From assembly GCF_009914755.1 (NCBI RefSeq), contig NC_060936.1: DNA of 64,000 nt, one strand, 5' to 3'. The position numbers and the translations under genes were made by a program. The DNA comes from the human T2T-CHM13v2.0 reference genome, Homo sapiens. Positions 53,811 through 64,000 of the stretch are shown here, one piece after another. Every line of letters begins with the position of its first letter. Within the stretch, counting starts at the first letter, position 1. The notes beneath the pieces were generated by a model. That model did not search any database and was not told the origin of the DNA. It was given only the letters and a program-made list of their open reading frames with translations.

Positions 53811-55659
53811 TTTCCTGTCTGTCTATTTTCCATCTATCTGCATCCTGTTGACGTAACAAGGTAGCTATCTTCCATATGGTCTGTCTCCCATTTAGATTGT
53901 AAGCCTTTTGAAGGAGGGCTGGTATTTACTTTTGCATAATTGGTACTCAATAAAAGTTTTTGAATGAATTAGTGGAGAAGGAATGATGGGCAGTCATGGG
54001 TTCCTGCCCTCGACCTGTTGTTCCCAGCACCTGGGAGCACTGCTCCATGTGTCTGTGTCAGCTCAGGCCTGGCTGCCCTGGGTCAGCCCTAGGGCACCAA
54101 CTGGACAGGGCCAGGCTTGGCTAGAGTCCAGCAGAATGCCTTTGCCCTGACTGCCCACCTGTTCTGTGACTGAAGCCAGCACTAAACTTAGCCATGGTGA
54201 CTCATGGATATAGGGCTGCCCCAGGCCTCACAAGTCATCCTAACAACCCACCTGGCTGCAGTCAGCTACTCTCTCCCTCCCTCCCCCATCATCCCTGGGA
54301 AACGTGGCCCAGTCAGCCCTGGGCCAGGCCCTGGGGAGCAGGGCTAGAAGGCGGAGCTCACAGGGGCAGCACCCCCATGTAGACACTCTATTCCCCCAAG
54401 TCATAGTGCCAAAAGCAGAGGTGCTCACAAAAGTCATGGCGCAAATGCTCAGAGCCTCCTGCGGGGAATCACTTCTCATGGGAATGGTGGTGCTGATTAG
54501 TCACAGTGAAAAGGGGAGGGGACGGCATATGGGGCATGACAGAAATACTTAGTAAGGGCTGTACAGTTGTTCGTCCAGTGTTTCAGTTCTGCATTCAATG
54601 CATCTTCTCCGTGCTCCTCAGCATTTGCAGGGTGGCAGAGCAAAATCTCAAACAAAGAGAGGCCACGACTCCTTAAGTCAGAAACTAGACATTTATTCTG
54701 GTTCAATTCACTGCCAAGTGAAGTGGAGCTTCACCACTTCATACACTCACATGAGCCGCACAAAGAGGAGCTGGCAAGTGGTCTAGCCTGGGTGCAAGCA
54801 ATAAGAGGGTTCATCAGCAGCAGAGAATTTAAAAATAATGACAAAATGAATGAATTTTTGGCCTGTCTTTTATTATCACAATGAGCTAAAAATCCTAAAG
54901 ATGTCAGTGATAAAACAATCCTTCCCTCTGGGGTGGACGGCTCCCTCAGCTCTCTAGCCCACGTTGATATGCCACTGAACCACACTTTTCACTAATTCAT
55001 GCTTTCTTTAATACATTCAGCCAGTTGGTTATTCATACAGCAAACATTTCTGGAGCGTATTCTATGGGAAAGACATTGTGCACTAAGCTGCGGAAACAGA
55101 CATGACCCACTCTCTCTGGACATCCATCGGCAGCTCAGTCTCACTTCTCCAGGCTGTTGCCCCTCCCTTGCACTGTTTTGCCCTGAATTCTCCAAGCCAG
55201 AACTGACTCTGAGCTGTTACACACTTATCTGGAGAATGAAGGAGAGCATAAGAGATTACAGTACAGAAGAGGAAAACCAAACCTTGGTTTGGATGATTGC
55301 AGCTGCTTGGGCACACCAACCATGCTCCTTCCAGGGAGACCTTGACCAGATGCTGACTTCCTGCAGATGGTGTACCCCTCTTCCCTGCCCTCATTCCTGA
55401 GCCCTGGACTCAAACCCCCTCCTCTGTGGTGTGGCCAGTGAAAGCAAAAACGATTGACAGTATAATAATTTTTTCCTCTCTGGACAACCTATGCTGTATG
55501 ATTCAGTTCCTCACTGTCATCACCTTTCCATTCCAGAATACTCTTTGAGCTTTATCTTTATATATATATAACCAAAGGTATAGTAAAGAGTTTTTTGCAA
55601 TAGAAACACAGCCTTGGTGGGTCTTCCCCAGACCTCTGCTGTCACGTCTCTAAGAGGAG

Positions 55660-55912
55660 CAGTTCTTAGAATTTCTTTGTGTATGGACCTCTTAGCAGTC
55701 TGGTGAAATCTATGGACTCGAAAAAGTCTTCTTAAGTGCACAAAATAAAATGAAGGAGATTAAAAAGAATACCGGTTTTTAAAAGATACAGTTGTCAACA
55801 TAAGAAAGAAATAATTTTGTGATCAATAATAATTGTGCTATTTTATAACACATTAAATATTAATAAAAAGCTGTATTAGTCAGGGTTCTCTTAGAGGGAC
55901 AGAACTAACAGG

Positions 55913-55952
<40 letters not shown>

Positions 55953-56595
55953 GAGTTTATTAAGTATTAATTTATATAATCACAAGGTCCCACCCACAAT
56001 AGGCTGTCTGCAAGCTGAGGAGCAAGGAGAGCCAGTCCAAGTCCCAAAACTGAAGAACTTGGAGTCCAATATTTGAGGGCAGGAAGCATCCAGCATGGGA
56101 GAAAGATGTAGACTGGGAGCCTAGGCCCATCTCTCCTTTTCACATTTTTCTGCCTGCTTTATATTTGCTGGAAGCTGATTAGATTTTGCCCACCAGATTA
56201 AGGGTAGATCTGCCTTCCCCAGCCCACTGACTCAAACGTTAATCTCTCTTGGCAACACCCACACAGACATGCCCAGGATTAATATTCTGTATCCTTCAAT
56301 CCGATCAAGTTGACACTCAGTATTAGCCATCACACATGCTCTACAGGCAGGTCTAATAATCACTACAATTTTGAAGTAGGGAAGAGTTCGAAACTATTTG
56401 CAAAATCTGTAACATACATAATAAAAATATAGTATTGATTACAATGTCACAGGGAAGTTGCTCATTCTACCTTGGCCTTCTGCCTATTTCATAAATGCTA
56501 AATTTCAATTAGAGTTTAGTGAAAACAAAAATGTCGTTTTTACCAACCTAAGTTCACTGATACCCTGAATTAGTCAGAAAAGATTAGGAACTTCT
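55660..56595. mobile_element. hAT-Charlie element (Charlie4a-like) split by an MLT2A LTR
   Basis: CAGTTCTTAG..ATGGACCTCTTAGCAGTCTGGTGAAATCTATGGAC start; resumes after 56334; ends GATTAGGAACTTCTA. Confidence 0.55.
55872..56334 (-). mobile_element. MLT2A (ERVL) solo LTR
   Basis: TGTATTAGTCAGGGTTCTCTTAGAGGGACAGAACTAA...ATCAAGTTGACACTCAGTATTAGCCATCACA; internal (CA)n. Confidence 0.92.
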
Positions 56596-57181
56596 ACCCT
56601 AGAGCAGTGGGCACTAAACGTGGGCCGCTTTTAGGATGCCATTTTTTAGTGGAAACTGCTGCATGTGTAAGGGCAAGGATGGAGGTAAGTGAGGGGCCAG
56701 GTGTCCTGGACAGCCTGGATCCCATAGATCTGCTCTCTGCCCTTCTCTGCCTGTCCCTGCAGCACCTGGACTTGTTTGCCACAAGCTTCCTAATGGGTTC
56801 AGGCAATGGAGGTCCTTGGAGAAACAAGAATGGAGAATATCTTCCCCACTAGCGGAGTCTTTCCAGTTTGAGAGGACTCACTAGGCTCTGGTAGCACCCT
56901 TTTCCAGAATCAACCCACAGATTTAGAGTCAGACAACTCAGGTGGAGTTCCAGCAATGAACTGGATAGGTGGCCCCGGCACTAATCTCAAGTTCCTCATC
57001 TAGAAAACAGGCACAACAACCTCTGTCCCACCTATTTGCAGGTGTCTTCTGAGGATTAGTTTAGTGCACAAACACAAACATTATTGTAAAGAAGTCAGGC
57101 AAATACAAGCGGCAAAGGCAGGAGATAGTGCTAGCCCTTGTGCAGTAGAAAGGCCTCTCTCTCTCCAGGGAGAGGGGAAAG

Positions 57182-57225
57182 CTACAACATAAATAGACTG
57201 GCCTACAACATAAATAGACTGGCCT
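57182..57225 (+). repeat. Perfect 21-bp tandem duplication
   Basis: CTACAACATAAATAGACTGGC x2. Confidence 0.95.
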
Positions 57226-57495
57226 TCTCACATCTCTTCTTTGTCTCTGGTGGAGCTGCAGGTGCAATGAAGAAATTGCACACAAGAACAAGCTACGGTC
57301 TGTCCTCTATGCTGATGTTGGCAGCCTGCTTCTGCAGAACATGCTTAACTGGCTATCTGAGGACCAGAGGGGAAGACAGCCGACCCCACCACTTCTGAGA
57401 CCCTATCTTGCAGCCTTATGAAAGGAGAAGTTATGCTTAATTCTTGGGGAAACAAAGGAATGGCTACACCAGTAAGTTAGCCTTACCATTGACTT

Positions 57496-57646
57496 GGGAC
57501 TCTGAGAAGTGGAAATGGGGACAACAGTAATGGGGACAGATGAACAATGTCTCTTGCTTTAGGTTCAGCAGGGACTCTTGAGAAGTGGAGATGGGGACAA
57601 CAGTAATGGGGACAGATGAACAATGTCTCTTGCTTTAGGTTCAGCA
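57496..57646 (+). repeat. 75/76-bp tandem duplication
   Basis: 57496-57570 versus 57571-57646; one substitution and one 1-bp indel. Confidence 0.95.
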
Positions 57647-59537
57647 GTCAGAGACCCAGGCACCAAGCGAGAAGGAACTCAGCCTACTGAAATAACTTCT
57701 TAGGTCAATTCCTGGATCCAGTATTTCCTCAGTGCCATCCATTCTACAGTCCAGATTAATCCTCCCTAAAAACCTTTCCAACATGCCACTGAAGTACTCT
57801 AATTGGCTCCTCCTGATATCCTATCAAAATGGGCTTCTAATTCGACCTAACTTATTTTACAGAAGAAGCTGAGGTCCAGAGAAGGGATGAGATGTGTCCA
57901 GCGTCATTGTGGCTGTCAGTACAAATGAAGTCTAGACTCTTTAGTCTTAGATTCAAACTTCAACTATTTCTGCCTTCCCATCGAACTTAATGCACTGCAG
58001 TCAATCTACTCTCTTTACCACCTCATTTGTCAACACAATGTAGCTATCCTGTAGGCCTTCTATTTTTCATCCCCTTATAGGGTGGTGAGTTGAATTAAAG
58101 TACATCTCCCCAAGCAGGCATTTTTACAATAGGAATAGAAGGAGCAGTAGCAATGGCGATCCCTGGAAATAGTCTGTCCAGCCCCTTGGTGTCTCACCAT
58201 GCTTTGTGGATGAACAGTGCATGGGAGCAATTCAGAATGACCTTAGGGAAGAAAATGTCAACAAAAGAAAAAAAAATGCAGCTGACCAAAGACCATAGGA
58301 AGTCACTTGGTAACAGGCAACAACAGGTGTAGGAACAAATATTTCCTTTCTGAGTCAAAGAAAACTTTTTATGGGGCATCTGGGTTTAATAACAATGGCG
58401 TGTTTCTGCATGATGGAGCTGGGACTTTCTATTTTCTTAATTTTCTCCAGATGTTACACACTACACACACACACGCACACTTAGATAATCAAAGCAGTTG
58501 TATGGTTCAGGGTTGACCCTTGGATACTAACGTGCGTTGCACATCCATAGTAATCATGCAACAGCAGGAGGTTCTGAATATTCAAGGCATTGCTATCTGC
58601 AAGTTCACTGGCTAAAGCAGTGGCAGAACTATTATCATTCAAGATTTACAGGGCCCACTGCCTGGCAATGGGAGAGATGAGTGTCTATAATGTAAAGAAG
58701 AATTCACCTTTGAAAAACTTCAATTCTAGAGCACAAGCCAATTAGAAGAGTGAAATACTGGATCCTATCTCCCCTAGGAAGAACTGACCTTTGCACACCC
58801 ATGAGTACTGCTGTGACTCTACATCGCACGTGTTTCTCCCGTCCGTCTCCTCTCTTTGGAGTGCATGTGCAGTCCTCGCGGGGACACTGGGCCTGCTTCT
58901 CTCTGTATCCCATGCTCAGTACCATGCTTCATGTAGTAGGTACTCTAAAAGTGCTGCTTAAATGAATGAGCAGAAACTTTAGTAACTCCATGGCTGATTA
59001 TCTGGAACTATTTTCTTTCTAATAATCTTTGGGATCAGTTTTCTAATAGTCTTTGGCATCTTTTTTTAATTAATTTGTCTCCTTGTAGGGGAAACATGAA
59101 CAAAGAAAACCTAAACTCAGTCTATTGGTTCACAAATCTCATCAAAAGTTACAAGGGGCAGGAACTGCCCATGGTTATATGACCCTACAGTTATGAGATT
59201 GCTGGTGAGTTTTAGGTTTACAGTTTACCTCCTCTCTTCCTCTACAGGAAACACGCAGATAATTATGTGTTTTCTACTGGGACACTGCCTCCAAGGTGAA
59301 CAGATATTCAAATAGATTGATAGTTCATTTATGTCAAAAATCTCTTCAACTAAAAATTCTGATAAACAGAATAGTCACAGAACCAAGTTTTGTTTAGTCC
59401 TGTGATGTAAGAAGCAGTATTCAGAAGAATGCCACTTGGTAATAATAAGACCTTTCTAAATCACCAAAGAAGTCTTTAGCCATTTCATGTAATTTTACTA
59501 TCACACATTCTTATTTGCTCTTACAATTCTTTAACTA

Positions 59538-59857
<320 letters not shown>

Positions 59858-59976
59858 TTAATGGTATAATATGGATAGAGGCATCTAACACTGTGGCTGA
59901 CACATGATAATTGTTCAACAAATGATTGTAAAAACAAACCCTTGGGGACAAATGGCAGCATTTATACTGATTGATT

Positions 59977-60160
59977 AATGGTTCTCATTTTTGCAATAAT
60001 CCAAATACCCTGGAGGGTTTTTTAAGGCATCTCCTGCTAGCTCCCACCCGCAGCATTTCTCATGCAGTAGGCCAAGGTTGGAGCCCAAGATTTTACGTTT
60101 CTAATAAGTTCCCAGGTGACGCTGAAGCAGCTGAGTTTGTGCCCACACTTCCGAACATGG
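59977..60160. mobile_element. MER5A-like element
   Basis: TGGTTCTCA start; TTTCTAATAAGTTCCCAGGTGACGCTGA core. Confidence 0.7.
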
Positions 60161-60207
60161 CTGTTGACTTTTCTTTCCTATCTAAAACCCCCTCCACCTT
60201 TGGCTCA

Positions 60208-60690
60208 TTGGTGGAGACTGCTACCGATTGCCTATCCAATATCAACTGCCCCTTTTCCTTACTAATAGACTCTGATTTTCTTCTAGGCAGCAATGCAAAT
60301 ACTATATTTCCCAGCCTCACTGCTGTGAAATGCAATCAATAATTCAGATGCAGGAGTTGTTTGATGGGACTTATAGGAGAATCCCTAAAGGCACTGCAAA
60401 ATGGTAACACAAGTTATTTTGCCCTTTCTCCTTCTTCCATTTATGGTAATGTGGGCATGATGGTTGGAGGTACAGCAGTCATCTTGGATCATGAGGCTCT
60501 ACATGAAAGATCATGGAACAGAAACACAGAACGAGCCAGGATCCTTAATGACATCGTGGGGCAGACTTGCCAGCCCGTCGATTCTTTACCTCAGATTTTT
60601 CCTATGTTAAAAAAAAAAAAAGCTCAAAAATTTTAAACCACTGTTATTTTGTTTTTACATTTTCTACAGAAAACCTAATCATATGTGATT
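60208..60690 (+). mobile_element. Old MLT1 (I/J-type) LTR
   Basis: GGAGGTACAGCAGTCATCTTGGATCATGAGG..GATCCTTAATGACATCGTGG..TTTAAACCACTGTTATTT. Confidence 0.6.
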
Positions 60691-61547
60691 TAGCTTCTAA
60701 TGCATTGTAGCGTTCTTTTTGTCCTCTGGCTTCTCAAATTACTCCTCTCTGTCCCTCCTCCCCTTCATCCTCCTCCTTTTCCTCCTTCTTCTCCTTCTGT
60801 TCTTCTTCTTTTTAACTTTTTTTTCTTTTTTCTGCCTTTGAGAACACATCTTCTCCAGGGATTTGACCTAATCATTCTTCTTTTCTCTACTCCATCTTCC
60901 CTCTTTTCTCTCCAAACTTGTTCTTGACAATCTCAGCCAGCTTCACAGCTCCAGCTATAACCTTTATTTGAGGACTCCCAAATTTGAATCTGTAATCTTT
61001 CATTTGCAGAGAAAATGCTGCAACTGTGCATCCTCACCCAGGTATCCTAATGGACCAGCACCTGCAAGGTTTCCAAACTGAATTTCTGATCTTCCCTACA
61101 AAATCAACTACTTTTCTTCTGTTTCTCAATAGACCACCTTACTTTTTATTTCACAACATGGAAACTTCCAAGTCATCTTGAACTGTGCCTTCTCCCTTGG
61201 CTTGATAAATGATCAATTATAAACTTATCTGTAATTGATTACCCAATTTAATATCTATAATAGAAAACTCTCCTCTCCGTCCCAACTTTGATTTTTGCAG
61301 CTCAGGTATTTGTCATATTCCGGGCCAGTGAAATAGCCTTATACCTGTTTTTTCTCCCTCACTTCCACCATTTTATGTGTGTCTGTCTGTGAGTGTGGGT
61401 GAAGTACTGCTGTAATCAGATTCAACCCCCATGCAGCCACAGTAATACACCAAATACAGCCTGCTATCTGACACCAACATAGCTTTCCAAATATAATTTC
61501 CACTGCTTCTCATCATATGCTTTTTCTCAACTTCATTCATCCCATAC

Positions 61548-61930
61548 TGATATGGTTTGGATCTGTGTCTTCACCAAATTCTCATGTTCAGTTGTAATCC
61601 CCAGTGTTTGGAGGTGAGGTCTGGTAGGAGATGATTGGATCATGGAGGTGGTCTCTAATGGTTTAACACCATGCCTCTTGGTGCTGTCATCATGATAGTG
61701 AGCTCTCATGAGATCTGGTTTTTTGCAAGTGTGTGGCACCTGCCACCACGTCTGCTTTGACCATGTAAGACTTGCCTGCTTTCCCTTCACCTTCCGCCAT
61801 GATTGAAAGCTTCCTGAGGCCTCCCTAGAAGCCACTATGCTTACTGTACAGCCTGAAGAACCATGAGCAAATAAACCTCTTGTCTTTATTCAGGTATTTC
61901 TTTATAGCACTGCAAGAACAGACTAGCACA
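61548..61930 (+). mobile_element. MSTA-like MaLR solo LTR
   Basis: TGATATGGTTTGGATCTGTGTC...CCTTCCGCCATGATTGAAAGCTTCCTGAGGCCTCCC...GACTAGCACA. Confidence 0.92.
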
Positions 61931-64000
61931 TATGTGATTTACTTCTTTTAGTATTTGACCTATAATTCCCATTTGCTAAGTCGTTCATGCAGTTTCATTT
62001 GCCAATAATCCCTACTACTTCCCACTTCCTCGTGCCTGAATCCTACCTATTCTTTAGGCTCAAAAAAATGCCATCTCAAGACTCTACAAAGCCTTTCATG
62101 AGCTCTTGAGCTGAAAGTTCTCTCTCCATGCTTTCAAATCCTCTGTCATTGTATATGTATATCTTAAGGCACTAACTTTTTCCTTCCTATTGTAGTAATC
62201 AGGATACATAATTTATCTTGTGAATTAAACCTGTCTTGTTCACCTGCAGGTCCTTCAGATGATAGGTTCTCAGTAAACATATTTGAAGTGAGTAAACACT
62301 ATTTTTAGTTGTTGAGTGCATGAATAAATACATACGTATTAGATGTTTGAGTGTTCCATATAATCTATCCTCTCACCACCATGGCGGCTACACACTCCAC
62401 ATCCACGTTCCAGCCTCCATTACTTTGGACAGAATTGGCAATGAAAAGTGAAGAAAACAAGAAGGCAAGAAAACTCAGGCTTATGTCAATATATTCCTTT
62501 CTTGAAAAATACGTAAAACAGAAAAGAAAAGGTTAAGTTTAAATGGAACTTTGATGGGTAAGAAAAGGATTGTGAACGTTTTTTGCTGCAGGAAAGATAT
62601 TTTTGCTCCTTTAAAAATATTAAGAATCTTATTGAAAGGGGTCAAGTGTACCTTGTTTGAGCGTCCAACAATAGGGGCTTTCTATTCACAGCACATTTCA
62701 TACTTGCTCTATTGCAACCCAACTGTTTTTCAGTGAAGCCATGTGCCTTGATTATATTATCACTGCCTTTTGAAGACTCTCCTGAGGCTTTTTTTGAGAG
62801 CAAAACCCCTTTCAGTTTCACTCCAACATGCAGGAGAAAAGGTAAGTGATGTGAATTCCACGTTGGGGTCATTAATATCACGTGCTGCACTGAGTGGGAC
62901 TTCACATCCCACTCAGGGACTTCCCTTGGCTGTGTGGACAGAGGGCTGCACCCCTGCCTGACAATCTCCAGCCCCAGAGACCATACAGGCAGGTCCCAAT
63001 CCTCCTCCTAGCAGCACAGACAGTCAGATATGGGGGAAGAGCACAGTTACAGGATTCTTGGTCATTTACTGAGCCTGTAATATCCTATTTATTTCACCAA
63101 GATGTGGTCAATACACTCCTCTAGTTCTCTTATCTCAGTTTTCTCATCTGGAATATAACCTGCATGGAGAATCCTTGTTTTCCATTCCGTAGAGTATGAT
63201 ACAAATTCTGAGGATTTAACTTACTTTTTTTCCAGTTGAGTCACCATCTGAGATACTTCTGCCACCTCAAAAGCCACAAAGAGGGTGTGGTTCATACCTA
63301 TTAGATGACCCATTAGGGATGAGGGTCATGTCAGGGATATTCCTTTATTTTGTTATTTCTGTAAATATTCCCTTGCCTTCCTCCAACTGAATGTGCTGTG
63401 GGTCTCAATGAAGCAGCTCCCTACCGGAAGGGTCTGGTCACTCTCATTGGCTTTAGGAGAAGGGATGGGAAGCAGAAATCATTTTCCAACCTTCACCTTT
63501 CTGGACCAATGACTGTACACCCAGGATAGTTTGCAGAAAGCTATTAAACTGATCATCTTTCAGTTATTTTCTAAGCATCTATTAGCCCCTGGCCTTGCTA
63601 CCTTCTCCTCTAGGTATCTCCCAAAGAAGTGAGGCATCCCATGCACAATTCCTCTTTTCTCTTCTCTCCAACTTGCTGTGGCTCTCTCCCTTTAAAGCCT
63701 CCTCCCTTTCGTGTCTCACCTCCCTTTTCTTGCCTAGGATGTGCCATCTTCCCAGTGATGAACCCCCATCCCTTCAGGCTTCTTAGGCCTGAAACATCCA
63801 CTTAAAATCCCAATGACTTTGTCTAATTCCTCCACTTCTGTTGCTTCAGTAAAAAGGAGGAACACGTTCTAATCTCAGTGCTGGCCAACTCAAAAGGGTG
63901 AGATGGGTGAGGTGGGGATGGAGTTCTGGACTCCGTCCAGAGTATGGGGGTCAGAGGAAGAGAAATTGGGCCAAAGCAGGCTTTACTCTGGACTGTGCCC

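Noticed and set aside
54050-54560. GC-rich stretch as a CpG-island promoter
   Set aside because: GC-rich but CpG-poor; an AP-1 motif (TGACTCA) alone is insufficient.
57182-57646. Direct repeats as a CRISPR-like or other spacer array
   Set aside because: Only two abutting copies each, no spacers, eukaryotic context.
59205-59247. GT...AG intron between the donor at 59205 and a strong acceptor at 59247
   Set aside because: 43 nt is below the usual minimum human intron length.

Overview
Primate, most likely human, non-coding genomic DNA (intergenic or deep intronic). It is dominated by interspersed repeats: about 15 Alus (J/S/Y, many with readable target-site duplications), several L1s (a twin-primed L1PA, a 1.6-kb L1PA7-like 3' piece, a ~7-kb decayed L1M/L1MB), Tigger1, Tigger4/MER46, MER63, MER5A and Charlie DNA-transposon fossils, MaLR/ERVL solo LTRs, and MIR/L2/L3 relics. 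I recognise no protein-coding gene, RNA gene, CpG-island promoter or CRISPR array; the ORFs I can assign are repeat-derived and the rest look like chance ORFs. I cannot name the locus, and I see no convincing novel biological system. The best leads are (i) three unique-sequence islands with HOX/PBX/MEIS/CDX motif clusters (18.4, 38.5 and 52.4 kb; candidate developmental enhancers), (ii) candidate non-coding exons on both strands, and (iii) several template-switch or repair scars and young tandem duplications. Repeat subfamilies were called by eye from remembered consensus features and need RepeatMasker/Dfam confirmation.
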